Below are positions 1-31,460 of a stretch of DNA of 64,000 nucleotides, piece by piece. The position numbers were made by a program, and so were the translations under genes. The number at the start of each line of letters is the position of its first letter. Within the stretch, counting starts at the first letter, position 1. The notes beneath the pieces were generated by a model, which was not told the origin of the DNA, did no database searches, and saw only the letters and a list, made by a program, of their open reading frames with translations. Source of the stretch: Hormiphora californensis (taxonomy: Eukaryota; Animalia; Ctenophora); contig CM035351.1 in assembly GCA_020137815.1 (NCBI GenBank), positions 5,828,001-5,892,000 of the forward strand, given 5' to 3'.

Positions 1-2063
1 GTCTGATGAGCGGAAGCGGATTGAAGATCAGGGTATTATCAGTAGCATGAGTACAAATAACATCACACTAGTCAAGGCCTCAGAGATCGATGATATTATT
101 GATGGAATCGATGATAAGGTGAGATATGATTTGAGTTCTTATAACTGAGAGTTGTGAGATTTGAGTAAAACGTCCGATTACTAACCGTCCTCCCTCTCTC
201 TCCTAGTACCGATATGACGGCTCCAAGACTATCACAGAATCACACACAAGAACACCACAGCCAACCAGAACGACTCGGGCTGCTGCAGAGGTAACGCAAC
301 TACCCCAATTTGACTTGATGCCCCATCTTCTTGATTCAGATCACGATCCACCGAATTACACATTTCGCGGGGATTGATGTAACGCGCGGTCGCCCAACAC
401 ACCTCTTCATGGATATCTCGCGCGCACGTAGACATCTCTCCTTTGTACGCAGGGCGCTGACAAGGACTTACACTCGGCTCGTAAGTCATGCAGGCGCTAC
501 CAATCACCATACACGTGTTCGCCGTTCGGAGTTGACATATCCAGTTTGCTTAACCACTGTTAATTTCAGAAAGATGACTCATTTACACCTGCCCGGCGGA
601 CTCGGCAAGCTGCCAAACCCCAAACAGGGTGGGTGCCACAGACGGTACCAGCTACCCAGTCACATCACTTGGACGCAGTGCCTACCGCCACCGCTGTCAG
701 TAGGAATAGATTTGTAACTAAACGCGTCAGGAGCAGCCCTATCATGTAAGTAGGGGAGAATACAGGATACTTGCTTGAGACAAACATTCCATTTCTCCCT
801 TCCCCTCTTAAACCCTAACCTTCCCCTCTTAAACCCTAACCTTCCCGCTCTGAAGCACAGCCCCTACCCTTCATTGACCCTTCAGAAACGATATGGACGA
901 GATAGCGATGAAGGAAGCGGCTCAGAGAGAGGAATATCTCGTACCAATTCGTCTTGATATTGATCTTGAGGGACACCGCCTCAGAGATACACTAACATGG
1001 AACAAAAACGGTTTGTTTCTCTTTACTACAATGTTATTTTACTGCAATATATCTCACTCCCATTTTCAAAGAATCTCTCTCTTCAGAGAAAAATCTGACT
1101 CCTGAACAGTTTTCGGAGATCTTGGTGGATGATTTGGAGATTCCAGCAGCATTTGTACCCGTCATTTCAAATATAATTCGCACTCAGGTACAAATTATCC
1201 TTATTTATGATACATAGTAGGGTTAGTTTCTAGTAGAATCTGTATAATTTCTACAGACCATGCATGTTATTCGGAACAGCCTGTTCCGAATAACATGGAA
1301 GGTCCGAACAGGGTTGGAGGAGTGAAAGTGAGAACGCACCGTGCCTGAACTATGCGAACACTTCATTTTCAACATCTGATCTATCAATTTGTCTCAGGTA
1401 GAGGGATACGATGCAGATACAAAAGCTCTTGAAGAGAACTCTGACAACAGGGTCATAATCAAGGTAACATCTATAAAAGTCGACCTATTCCCAATTCCAT
1501 GACAACTATGCTCACCATTTGACATTTGTCCCCCTCACATTTGGTATTCCGTGCGACCTGCTCTAACATTCCTAACATCACCCTATCCCCCAGTTGAATA
1601 TCCATGTTGGTAACACGAGCCTGGTTGATCAGTTTGAATGGGACCTGAGTTGCCCTGACAACGACCCAGAAGAATTCTCTAGGATTCTCTGTCAGGAACT
1701 GGGACTCGGAGGAGAATTCCTGTCTGCTATCAGTTACAGGTGAGCCATTAATCCTCTGGCTCTTCCCAAACTTAAATATCATGTAAAAGCTAACCCAGTC
1801 TATTTCTCTCTTAAAAAGCTCTCTCTCTCTCCCCAACTAACCCCTTCCCATCCCTCAGTATCCGGGGTCAGTTGGGATGGCACAGCAAGACTATGACCTT
1901 CACAGAGGCCCCTCTAAAAAGGATAGAAGTGCCTCTTCGAACGGAACACCTGGACAAATGGTCACCGACAATTGAAAACCTAACCGATCAAGAAATGGAG
2001 AAGAAGATACGAGACCAGGACAGAAACGCGAGGAGAATGAGGAGGATTGCTAATATGAACTAG
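1..2063 (+). CDS. SMARCB1: SWI/SNF core subunit SNF5/INI1 (SMARCB1), 5' partial
   Basis: Exons ~2-118, 207-290, 570-745, 886-1010, 1087-1187, 1398-1463, 1594-1739 and 1859-2063 join in frame at GT-AG sites. Peptides [87 protein letters not shown] and [20 protein letters not shown] match the SNF5 winged-helix, Rpt1, Rpt2 and C-terminal helix. Confidence 0.97.
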
Positions 2064-3812
2064 AAAACCAGACTGTGTCTCGTGCTGGAGATTAAGAATT
2101 ATATTCATTCATAGACATTCGTCATTCATGTTATATTTAATGGCTTTCTTGATGTGCGGCCAGAATCCAGGAGGGAGAGAGGGAGATTTATTTGCTATGT
2201 CTATACCACCGTGTTTATGCTCAAGCCTCAAGTTGAACTAAGTAACTCAAATTGAACTTACTGCTGTCCGGTCCTATATAATAGCTGGTGCGGTACTATG
2301 TTTCGGATTTGGAATAATGTGAAATATGAACCTGCTTAAGTGCTTTCAATGTTTAATGAATGTGAGAGAGAGAGAGAGAGATAGAGAGTGAGCGAGAGAG
2401 AAAGAGAGTGTGTGAGAGAGAGAAAGAGAGAGCGTGTGAGAGAGAGAGTGTGGGGGAGAGAGAGAGAGAGAGAGACACTGGTTATCCCATCAACCAGATC
2501 AAGGCCATTATAATATCAAAGCTGCGTGGTCGAGTGAAAGATCTTTTTTAATCTTAGCCAGCGACTGTTTATACTTGCCTTCTAGTTTGATTGCCTGTAC
2601 CTAGCTCAGAGGGATAGAGTGAGTGTTTGAGATAGAGAAAGAGAATGGGAGAGGATGACGAAACTCGATGAAGATTGATGAAGAAGCTGGTGAGATATTG
2701 GTAGCAAGCATTATATATTTTGATGGACTTTGTGTTATTATCAGCCCCTATATTTACTTCAACCCACCCCTTAGCTGTTCTGTGTCTCATTTTGTCTCTC
2801 TTGGACTGTTCGTAGTGCATTGGAAACGAAATAACCCTCTCCCTTGCCAGCAAGAGAGGGGTTATTTCGTAACCAACTGTTCGTACTGTTTCCGATCCGG
2901 ACCGCAGTTTGGAATAAAAACGGTACGAACGGTCCAATCTTGGACCGACATACAAAAAGCACCCTGGTATGTAACTGTAAGTTACAGTCCTGGAGTCAGC
3001 GTGATCGTGTTAATAATTGTGTAATGGCCGTGACGCATTCTCATCAGGGCAGCGTGTCATTTGGAGCACTGCACTTTTGTCATCTTTCGGCCACAAAGTA
3101 ATGCCATGTAATTATGTAATGTGACGTGCTGCAGAAATGAAATACAGATTCGATCGAGCAAGGATCATAGTGATGATGAAATTGAAAATAATATTATGAG
3201 TACAGTGTATCTCTCTCTCTCTCTCTCTCTCCCCCTCTCTCATTTGAATAGCCACCACGTTCCGAAACTCATGCACACGCCTCCCTATATTCCTTCAAGA
3301 TGTGTCTGTAAATATTTTAGCGTACCTTTCTGGTTGCTAGGGGTGATGAGTCATCAGCCCAGGATGTATATATAACCCCCTCTCTCTGCTCATTTAGTTG
3401 AATATTATAGCATTTATGTATCCCTGATCCCCTTTACAACCCCTTGAATTGCATCTGTTCTTCTCCCTTTTAGTACTTGTACAGCGCTGAGTGCACGGAA
3501 ACTACTTATCATATTAGTTTCAAGTACACCCTTCTACGAAAAAGAGACTACTCCAGTTCTCCAGTACCCCACCTTGTACCCAGCATCATTCATTTCCTTG
3601 CAGTTCGTACAACATCGTGTGCTATTTCTGTCACAGTCTATACTGTCAGACTGATCCTGCTGCAGTATCTCTCGGTCTCAACTCTATAACTATTGAACCA
3701 GACTCTGTAAGCTGCACAATTCCCCTGCTATTACGAAGGACGGTTGTGTCAGGGATTTGATAGATCCAGATACCCTCACATCTTTTGTTGAGTAACAACA
3801 CATCTTTGCATT

Positions 3813-4841
3813 ATGGCCGGGGAATGCAGTCTACCAGGTCAGGCTGATGATGACACGGAACCAGCTACTACTCTTCCCATCCAGGACACGGAGCGAGTTA
3901 CTACCCTCCAGACTCAGGATCAGTCAGGGCTAGTCTCCTCAGAAGAACGTAACGCCATCCTGCAAAGTCAGAGTGTCCTGTGTACCACGTGTGGGGAGAC
4001 CCTCACAGATTTGAGTGAGAGTGTGATTGTCAACGATAAACCCTTTCATAGACACTGTTTTGTGTGCTGCAGTTGCTCCCGACCCTTCCAACCGGCTGAA
4101 GTTACATTTCTATCAGTGTCAGGGGGTGTTCTCTGTTCAGAGTGCAGCGTGGCCCAACCTGAGCTACTTAAGACTCCCGATGTGTGCGTGTTTTGCAAGA
4201 AACCCCTGGATAAGGAGGTTGTCTTGGCGATGGGCGGGAAATGGCACCCTAACTGTTTTGTGTGCGTCTCCTGTAACACCCCATTAAGCGAGGAGTACAG
4301 AGAATCAGGGGGCCTGCCCTACTGTGAGACATGCTGGTGTAGGCTACTGGCAAAGACATGTCACGTGTGTGGGTTGGCTATCAGTGATCAGGTTATGACT
4401 ATTGAAGAACACCACTATCACATCAACTGTGTGAGATGTGGGGAGTGTCATAGGACATTTGATACAGTGCTGGACATCCTCAATATAGATACAGATTTCT
4501 GGCACGTGGACTGTTATCGTGATGATGATGAGAGTGAGGGAAGTGAGGTCAGCACTACCGCATCAGCCCTGTTGGGTATCTACAACAAGTCCCTGGGTTT
4601 CAGTAGTAGTCCCAGCAGTTCCAACTCACCCAGGAGCAGGAAGGTTTCCACTGTGTCGTTCACAGCGGCAACACCCAAAACTTCCCTACAACATAACAAT
4701 AACAATGATACAGCTGTTGCAGTAGGTGGTAATGGGTTTGATACGGTGGATCTAGGGGATCAGAACGACGCAGCGGCAGAGCAGCCGGTAGATGGCGGTG
4801 AGGGACAGAAATCAACAGCAGGGTGTTGTGTTATCAGTTGA
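3813..4841 (+). CDS. Three-LIM-domain protein (ABLIM-like LIM array, no villin headpiece) with C-terminal CaaX
   Basis: 342-aa single-exon ORF with three CxxC...HxxCxxCxxC...CxxC/HxxC LIM units. The last ends FWHVDC, like the WHxxC end of ABLIM LIM4. A low-complexity S/N-rich tail terminates in GCCVIS*. Confidence 0.88.
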   Translation: MAGECSLPGQADDDTEPATTLPIQDTERVTTLQTQDQSGLVSSEERNAILQSQSVLCTTCGETLTDLSESVIVNDKPFHRHCFVCCSCSRPFQPAEVTFLSVSGGVLCSECSVAQPELLKTPDVCVFCKKPLDKEVVLAMGGKWHPNCFVCVSCNTPLSEEYRESGGLPYCETCWCRLLAKTCHVCGLAISDQVMTIEEHHYHINCVRCGECHRTFDTVLDILNIDTDFWHVDCYRDDDESEGSEVSTTASALLGIYNKSLGFSSSPSSSNSPRSRKVSTVSFTAATPKTSLQHNNNNDTAVAVGGNGFDTVDLGDQNDAAAEQPVDGGEGQKSTAGCCVIS

Positions 4842-4939
4842 AAAGTTGAACAGTTAATTGTAGATGTATTGTCAGAGTTTTATTCAAATTCAAACTCCTC
4901 AAACACACGCTGTATTGATCTGTTTTGAAGAACATGTAT

Positions 4940-6555
4940 CAGGGAGGGACAGGGATGGACTGGGAAGGACAGGGATGGACTGGGAAGGACAGGGAGCGAC
5001 TGGGAAAGACAAGGAGGGGCTGAGACGGACAGGGAGGGAGTAGGAAGGGACAGGGAGGGACTGGGAAGGACAGGGAGCGACTGGGAAGGACAGGGAGCGA
5101 CTGGGAAGGATAGGGAGGGACTGGGAAGGACAGGGAGCGACATTGGGCACGTCGCGCCCCTCATGTTCGCGTGCCCATAGGGCGATCCCCTCACATACTA
5201 CGGGGCTTGCCCGCTTCGCGGGCAAGGAGCGACAGGGAAGGACAAGGATGGACTGATGGGAAGGACAAGGAGGGACTGGGAAGGACAGGGAGCGATTGGG
5301 AGGGACAAGGAGCGACTGGAAAGGACAAGGAGGGACTGGGAAGGACAGGGAGCGACTGGAAAGGATAGGGAGGGACTGGGAAGGACAGGGAGGGACCGGG
5401 AAGGATAGGGAGCGACTGGGAGGGGGGGGGGGCCGGCTGAAGTTTTTGAAGTTTTTGAAGTCGACTTCAAAAACTTCAAAGAGAAACTTAGGGTGGAAAA
5501 CTTCAAAAACTTCAAAAACTTATATCTCCTAAACCGTTGAAGATAGGCCCTATGTTGCTTCATAACTCTTATATAAACTTGCATATTCCGAACATGATGC
5601 ACCCCTTTAAAAAGCCCATAGTCACTCATAAACCAGTGAAACTGGTCTAGCCCTGTCTAGTGTCTGGCGGCGCCAGACCCCAATTTGATTCTCAACAGTG
5701 CGCTCAGATGGGTCGCGGCGCCAGACAGGTCTAGCCCAAAAAAAGTCATGCGCACACACAAAATTATGAAAATATCCCATAATCCCTCGAATTAGATGAG
5801 GTGGAGACTTCATTTTGGCACGTACCCCCACTAACTCGAGGCCGCTGATGATTTTGGTGTCCATATTTTTTTCACTACTCCCTTCATAAAAAAATTTGCA
5901 TTTTGTGAAACTGGCAAAAAGGGTGTGGCCCCAAAAAAATTTTTGAAAATTTACTTGATAATTTTTAAACACTTTCTTTGCATTTTCTAGGCAACTTTTT
6001 TGAGTTATAGAATGAAAATGAAATCTGTTTTTACAAAAAACTTGAATTTTTTACACCAAATTGTGCCATGGATTTCATGGCTAGGAATCATTGTAAATAT
6101 CCTAATTTGTGGTAGAAAAAGGGCAGACAAGGACGGATAACTTTGCCACAATATGTATTAAGCATGAAACTAACCTAAACAAGTGTAATAATTGTCACTG
6201 ATAGCATATAAAAGTAGTTTAGAGTTTTTGAAGTTTTTGAAGTCAACTTCAAAAACTTCAAAAACTCAAAAAAATAGGGTGGAAAACTTCAAACTTCAAA
6301 AACTTCAGCCGCCCCCCCCCCGACTGGGAAGGACAGGGAGGGACTGGGAAGGACAGAGAGCGACTGGGAAGGACAGGGAGCGACAGGGAGGGACTGAGAA
6401 GGACAGGGAGCGACTGAGGGGGCAGGGAGCGACTGAGGGGGGCAGGAAAGGACTGAGGGGACAGGAAATGACAGGGAGCGACTGGGAAGGACAGGGAGGG
6501 ACTGGGGAGGACCGGGAGCGACTGGGAAGGGCAGGGAGGGACTGGGAAGGGCAGT
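4940..6555. repeat. ~20-bp purine-rich minisatellite (GGGAGCGACTGGGAAGGACA)n, interrupted by insertions
   Basis: Tandem degenerate units at 4940-5140, 5220-5421 and 6321-6555. Confidence 0.9.
5422..6320. mobile_element. Non-autonomous foldback/MULE-like element with G-run TIRs and 9-bp TSD
   Basis: Ends read G(n)CCGGCTGAAGTTTTTGAAG ... CTTCAAAAACTTCAGCCGC(n). CGACTGGGA flanks both sides (5413-5421, 6321-6329). It sits inside the minisatellite, so the TSD call is weaker. Confidence 0.8.
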
Positions 6556-7200
6556 AACAGGGAGAGACCAGATGCTCTGAGCTGTAGTTCCCAGAGACAG
6601 ATAATGATAGGAAAGGACAGGCGGAGATCACATCGATTTAGTTACAGCTTAATCCCAGTTTATTGACCCCAGTACAAAGTCAAAACACATCGGATCAAGT
6701 TACTGAAAAAATAAGTAAACAAATTATTTCTTGAAAAAATGTGTCATCGCGTATTTTAATAGTAGAATTACTATGCGAGGTGTCGCTCGTGTTCTCGAAA
6801 ATAAAATATACTAACTCTATAATTATATTTCTGTTATCAAGTATCGCTCTGCATTTCATGGACTATCTAGGAACTCTGCTGTTTGCAGAAAACTTTTCGC
6901 AGTTCGATTAAATATTGTGAAAGAAGGAATCTACACTGATCTAGATCGGAAGAAAATATATGAACTCATACACACCTTGATGACTGGTAGAAATGTAAAA
7001 GAAATAAAGAATCTGTGATGAATGATTCTCGTTAAAGTAATAACCCTCATATCTCTCTCACTCACTCACTCTAATCTCTCTCTCAATCTCTCAATAACAT
7101 GGGTGCCAAAATACGGAATATTGCTCTACATAGTGGGACACACATGGTAACGATGGTTCACAGAACCTAAAAAGAAATAAAGTGTATAATCTGTAACTTG

Positions 7201-7326
<126 letters not shown>

Positions 7327-7651
7327 CATTGCTTAAGAAATCAACAACATATTTACAGAGATGCAAAAGGAGTGAGTGTGTGGTAACGGTCAATATAGCA
7401 CACACATCAGTCCCCCCATTGCTGAATATCATAGTTGTAAAAAAATACTCAAATTTTGAGCTAATTGTCCTGACCAATATATTGTTCTTGTCGGAATATG
7501 ATAATTGTCAAACAGATCATACACCAACCCCGGGTATTCTTCTTTAACATTATTCTTGATAACCCACTCTGAGAGTATAAATTAAAAGACAGCTACTATT
7601 CGAGTAGCTCGATAGCTCAACTGGACATCCCTATAATGCTACGATCTTCCC

Positions 7652-25566
<17,915 letters not shown>

Positions 25567-28522
25567 TAGGAGTATCGTAAAATAGTTACTGCTAAAGGTT
25601 GGAATCGTTAAATACAAAAGGAAAATATAGAGACAGTAGTATGTTGCACAAGTTGCAGAGTTTCTATATTGTAGGAGAAGCTATTTTCATTCCACCGATC
25701 ATATAAATAATTACAGACCAGAGTGGAAATAGAAAATGAGCTATTCTATATTGGAAGATGAATAGCGGCGGAAACAATTGACTTTTGTTTTGTGTTGACA
25801 GGAACTGGAAAATAATAGCAAGTATGAAGTATCATGGGAACACAACAAACAACACCTAACTGAGAGAGGGCGCACTTGTCAGGTAGGCAAACAAAGTGAT
25901 CATGGTGGTAATTAGAAAACTGAAATCAACAATCGTGATATTTTCAAATCTGAATTTTAGTCTAAGGCTCAGTCACATACTTGTTACTTTTTAGACAAAT
26001 AAAATTGGCTGCAATAAAGTCGCCGCTTCGAAATTCGCCAGCTTAAAAATAAGACCTAAAGTATTATGTTAGGGCGGAGTAGATGAGAAAATTATTTTGG
26101 TTACACTAGAATATTTACGGTAATCAAAAGGACTACTGGCGATGATTGGATCCTCCAAAGGAGAGGCATTTCAGGTACAAAACGCATTTTTTAGTTTCGG
26201 CAGAGATAGTAAATGATGTTACCAAGTGTAAACATTAGGAAATTTACGTAAGGAACAGTTCACAAGGGCGCACAGCATGCAAAAGGTCAAGCAACTGCGT
26301 TGAAAAAACTAACTTGGCATACGTTGCAGGCCCCTTATAATATAATATAAGGGGCCTGGAGGGAATACCGCGCTGGGGGGGAATACATAATCAATCATAT
26401 CTCCGGTTCCAGATAAGGTACAGAAATCGTTTTGGTAGCGTTGGAAAGAGCATGATAAGAGCTTTCAAATGCAACCAGTTTCAGGTCTCTATCTTATCAG
26501 GAACAGGAGATATGAACCAAACTCCGCAAAATCGAGTGCGGTAAAATCGAAATTTGAATGAAATTTAAAAAAAGCTGACCCTGCAAGAATCTGTGACGTC
26601 ACTTTTTGAAAACAACCCATCTTTCAACGGCTATTGCTCAGCCTCCTTAAGTCCAATTAACTTCTCTCAAAAACAGCAAGGTAGATAATCGTCAGATCTA
26701 ACAACTGGTGAAAGAATCAAGTCAAACGGATTTCAGGAGCCAAAGTTATAAGCACCGCCGTTTTTTCGACCGCAAAGTTATCTTCGACCTAGCCGGGATC
26801 AGGCCAAACGCGCGCGCGGCATTCCCTCCAGTCCCCTCGTTGCGGGGGTGCGCGCATGAGGGGGCTGCAGCGCATTCCAAAAAACTAACCAGCAGTTTTG
26901 AAAAAAAGAAATTTTGCACCAAACGTGATAGTGGAAGCTCTTACGGTAATTCCCACGCACCGTGGGAACATTTCCCACGCCGCGCCCTCTTTTCCCACGC
27001 TTTGCTTTCGAGCCGCAAAAAATTATCGCGCGTGACGTCTACTAAAATGTTGAGGATGCAGTTGTTAACAACATTGGGCCAATTTGGGTAGCGCCGCGAG
27101 CATCGGAGCACTGCAGCAGCAGCACGTCACTGAGAATTTCGTTACAATCACACTGCACACACATGCCACATTGCATCAATGGATTGCATCATTGACGTTG
27201 GAATATCAATGAGGAACAGTTCGGTGGAAGGGAAACCAGTCCAAGAGTGCTGTCATGGCTGTAACCAGCCCCAGCGTCGTCTAATTACAACGATAAAGTA
27301 TGAAAGTTTCACCCTCCGCCGAAACATTCCTAATTGATATACAAAATAAATATTCTTTGATTAGATGGATTTATAACAAATTGAACGCAAAGTTCTAAGA
27401 AGACAGATCACAAACAATTGTTAACTTTCTGGACACTACTTATCGATCACAATATATGTATGTAATATTCTCAAAGAGTTTTGTTCAAACCCTAGAACAT
27501 GGTAAAAAGAGTTCGTGATATCCTAATCTAACGATAATTATAGTCCTATAAATCTCAATTTACAGCAGCATCTTGTAGGGAATGCGGACAGTGACAGCTC
27601 CGTGTCTAACTTTAGTAGACGTGTCCGATGTCCGTACCGTAGTTAGTCGTAGTTAGTCGTTATATTATTATGGGAAACGGGTCTAACGGCTGATTCAAGG
27701 CATCGATTTTAGATACACATATCTTGTAGATGGGATGATATTAATCGTCTAGAGAGGATGTTGTAACCAGTACTCGGCATAATCCTGGGAGGGGGAGGGA
27801 ATGTTAGTTAAAAGAGCGTCCAGTACCATGCTCCTTTTATAATTTGGTTTATCGACTATTCAAAAAGACAACCGTCGAGCTGAGAAAGAGACACAAATCA
27901 TCTCTTCTGAGAAGGGATGATTTCAGTCTTCTCCGCTCCCTTCCTTATGTGTCACATGGGGTGGGCCTCTATCAGAAATGACAAGAATCGATAATTTTGT
28001 ACCTCTCATCTGGCCGGGATCCGAAGTGGCGGGGCAACTAAAATGTGGTTTGAATGGGAGCCTCTCTCATTATCTCTAGTGCTCGGTCGTGGGTACAGTT
28101 AGTCAGGACCTGCAAGGAGAGCTGTTATTACATATCTAGGTATGTATGATTGTGTAAAAATTCCGTCTTATTCCCTCTCCTGAATTCCCCTCGACAATGT
28201 TCTTATGTTACATTTGTTCGCGGTGTGGTGAAGCAGGGTGGAACAAGACAATCAGGTTCAGTACTCACCAGCTACACTGAGCAGTGTATCCTTAGGTATA
28301 ATCTCAGTCGCCACTGCAGGACTACTCAACACCCTGATACAGCCCTGGAGTGTGTCGCTACCTCCCTGAATCAGAATGCAGAATGGTGATGCCAAGAGCC
28401 TGCCGAACTATTGTCACCGTCACTATTTGTTCGTAGTGTAGAGTTTTACTGATCGTCAAACCTAGAGGATGAACAGGGTTTAGAGAGATATGCACTCGGT
28501 ATCAGGGGAGTGTGAGGATTAC

Positions 28523-30725
28523 CTACAACTATGGCTCATGCAACTATGGCTCATAGAATCTATGAGCCATAGATGCATGCAACTATGGCTCATAGATTTT
28601 ATGAGCCATAGATGCATACATCTATGGCTCATAGAAATGTGATCTGATTAGGTTCTATGAGCCAAAGCTAGTGAGAGTGAGAGGGACGTGAGTGACACGT
28701 GAATGACACGTGAGTGACACGTGAGTGACACGTGAGAGATCGAATCATATAATATTGAATGAGCACAATATGAATAACGAGCACAAATGTAAACGAGTTA
28801 CATAATAATAAATCTAATATTACATAATTAAAATTACACTATCAGTTCATCTTGGATATAATGGTAAAAGGGGTCCTTCTTTGGACAGTTCATAGAGCTT
28901 TTCACGTGAATCAGCAGCTCCTTAACACGATGTTTATTCAAATCTATGATCGGGTAGGTACTAAACAGCCGCCTTGCATTATCACTATCAGGATCCACAG
29001 TAAAAAACTCTCCAACAGGTCTGATTTTCGAGAAATTAGTATAGGTAGGATGTTCCCAGAAATTGCCTGACTAAAGTTTCTGATCTTTCACACTCTTCAA
29101 AAACCTCCCGGTACTCGTTGAACGTTGTAGTGTTGTTAGTGACGTCGATAACAATTATAGCTAGTGAATCCACTAACAAGTTCTAATGAGCGGGATGGAT
29201 ATGTGACAGTGTCACATATCCACCCCCCTCACTGACAAGATTCTGGGATGTGTCATTAGCAGAGTGTAACGATACGAGATACGAAACTTATGATTCGGGG
29301 GAGCTCATTAGCAGTGTGAGACGATACAGTATGTGGAACATGATTCGGGGAAGCTTATTAGGAGTGTTAGACGATATGAGACACGATTCGGAGAATGTTT
29401 TATCGCTCTTTCTATCTATCTCTATCTCTTTTTGTCAATTATCTTGAGAACCAGATGAGATACCTACCCATACTAATGCGAGGAAGCTACAAACTTTGGT
29501 GCCCTTATTTTTGTCCATACTCCTTTTCCTCTTTTATCTGGATGTCGGCTCAGCCGACATCCATATATGTTGTTGTTTTAGATGGAATGGTTTGAATTTG
29601 GTCTGTTTGGCAAGACTCGAAAATAAATGAAACCCAACGCATTCCATCTAAAACAACATATCCTCCTAAAAACAATGAGGCGAGCCGATAGGCTCTTTTT
29701 ACCAAAAATAAGGGCACTAAACTCACCAAGTGTGTAGCGTCAGCTCGCATTATAGTATAATGGTAGGCACCTCATCTGGTTCTCAAGTCCAAGATAATTG
29801 ACAAAAAGAGATAGAGATAGATATAGATAGAGATAGATAGAGAAAGCGATAAAACATTCTCCGAATCGTGTCTCATATCGTCTAACACTCCTAATAAGCT
29901 TCCCCGAATCATGTTCCATATACCGTATCGTCTCACACTGCTAATGAGGCATGAGCTCCCCCGAATCATAAGTTTCGTATCTCGTATCGTTTCACTCTGC
30001 TAATGACGCATCCCAGAATCGTGTCAGTGAGGGGGGTGGATATGTGACACTGTCACATATCCATCCCGCTCATTAGAATTTGTTAGTGGATTCACTAGCT
30101 ATAATTGTTATCGACGTCACTAACAACACTACAACGTTCAACGAGTACCGGGAGGTTTTGGAAGAGTGTGAAAGATCAGAAACTTTAGCCAGGCAATTTC
30201 TGGGAACATCCTACCTATACTACTTTCTCGAAAATCAGACCTGTTGGAGAGTTTTTTACTGTGGATCCTGATAGTGATAATGCAAGGCGGCTGTTTAGTA
30301 CCTACCCGATCATAGATTTGAATAAACATCGTGTTAAGGAGCTGCTGATTCACGTGAAAAGCTCTATGAACTGTCCAAAGAAGGACCCCTTTTACCAATA
30401 TATCCAAGATGAACTGATAGTGTAATTTTAGTTATGTAATATTAGATTTATTATCATGTAAATCGTTTACAATTGTGCTCATTATTCATATTGTGCTCAT
30501 TCAATATTATATGATTCGATCTCTCACGTGTCACTCACGTGTCACTCACGTGTCACTCACGTCCCTCTCACTCTCACTAGCTTTGGCTCATAGAACCTAA
30601 TCAGATCACATTTCTATGAGCCATAGATGTATGCATTTATGGCTCATAGAATCTATGAGCCATAGTTGCATGCATCTATGGCTCATAGATTCTATGAGCC
30701 ATAGTTGCATGAGCCATAGTTGTAG
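28523..30725. mobile_element. 2.2-kb foldback element with ~950-bp inverted arms
   Basis: 28523-~29500 is the near-identical reverse complement of ~29750-30725; the ORF track shows mirror ORFs 28852+ and 30407-. Terminal arrays of CTATGGCTCATAG/CTATGAGCCATAG. No coding capacity. Confidence 0.93.
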
Positions 30726-30852
30726 GTCACCGAGTGTGAGCAGGTTGTTATGTTCTGAGTTCTGACCCTCCTAAAAATTTGTAAACACACACAACAAGAA
30801 TCCCATTCAAAAGAAAGACTATGAAATGCTCTCTCTCTCTCTCTCTCTGCTC

Positions 30853-31460
30853 TCGCGCGCGCGCGCGAGCGCGCCAGCGCGCGCGCGCGCCAGCGCCAGA
30901 TGCGCGAGCGCCCTAAGCAGCGCTGCCACAGCGCCCAGTCGCGCGCCAGCAGCGCGCCAGCAGCGCGCCAGCAGCGCGCCTCAGCAGCGCCCGCAGCGCG
31001 GCCAGCAGCGCAGCAGCAGGCGCGCCAGCAGCGCGCCAGCAGCGCGCCCAGAGAGCGCCAGCAGCGCCCATGAATGCGCGCCAAGAAGCGCCAGCAGCGC
31101 GCCAGCAGCGCGCACTGCAGCGCGCCAGCAGGCCCAGCAGCGCGCCAGCAGCGCGCCAGCAGCGCGCCAGCAGTCGCGCCAGCATCGCGCAGAGGCGCCA
31201 GAAGCGGCGCCAGGCAGCGCGCCATGCAGCGCGCAGCAGCTGCGCCCATCAGCGCGCCAGCAGCTCGCCAGCACCGCGCCAGCATGCGCGCCAGCAGCAG
31301 CATCGCGCCATGCACGCGCCAGCATCGCGCCAGCAGCTCCCATCATCTCTCCATCATCTCTCCATCATCTCTCCATCATCTCTCCATCATCTCTCCATCA
31401 TCTCTCCATCATCTCTCCATCATCTCTCCATCTCTCCATCTCTCCATCTCTCCATCTCCA
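30853..31460. repeat. GC-rich 11-bp minisatellite (GCGCGCCAGCA)n followed by (CCATCATCTCT)n
   Basis: Tandem units visible at 30853-31340 and 31340-31460. Confidence 0.9.

Noticed and set aside
3813-4841. Prickle orthologue call
   Set aside because: 3 LIM + CaaX fits, but no PET domain is visible and the LIM sequences look ABLIM-like, so no symbol was assigned.
28852-30407. Duplicated ORFs inside the foldback as a transposase
   Set aside because: Short mirror-image ORFs without DDE, HUH or RT motifs. No autonomous element was found anywhere in the window.
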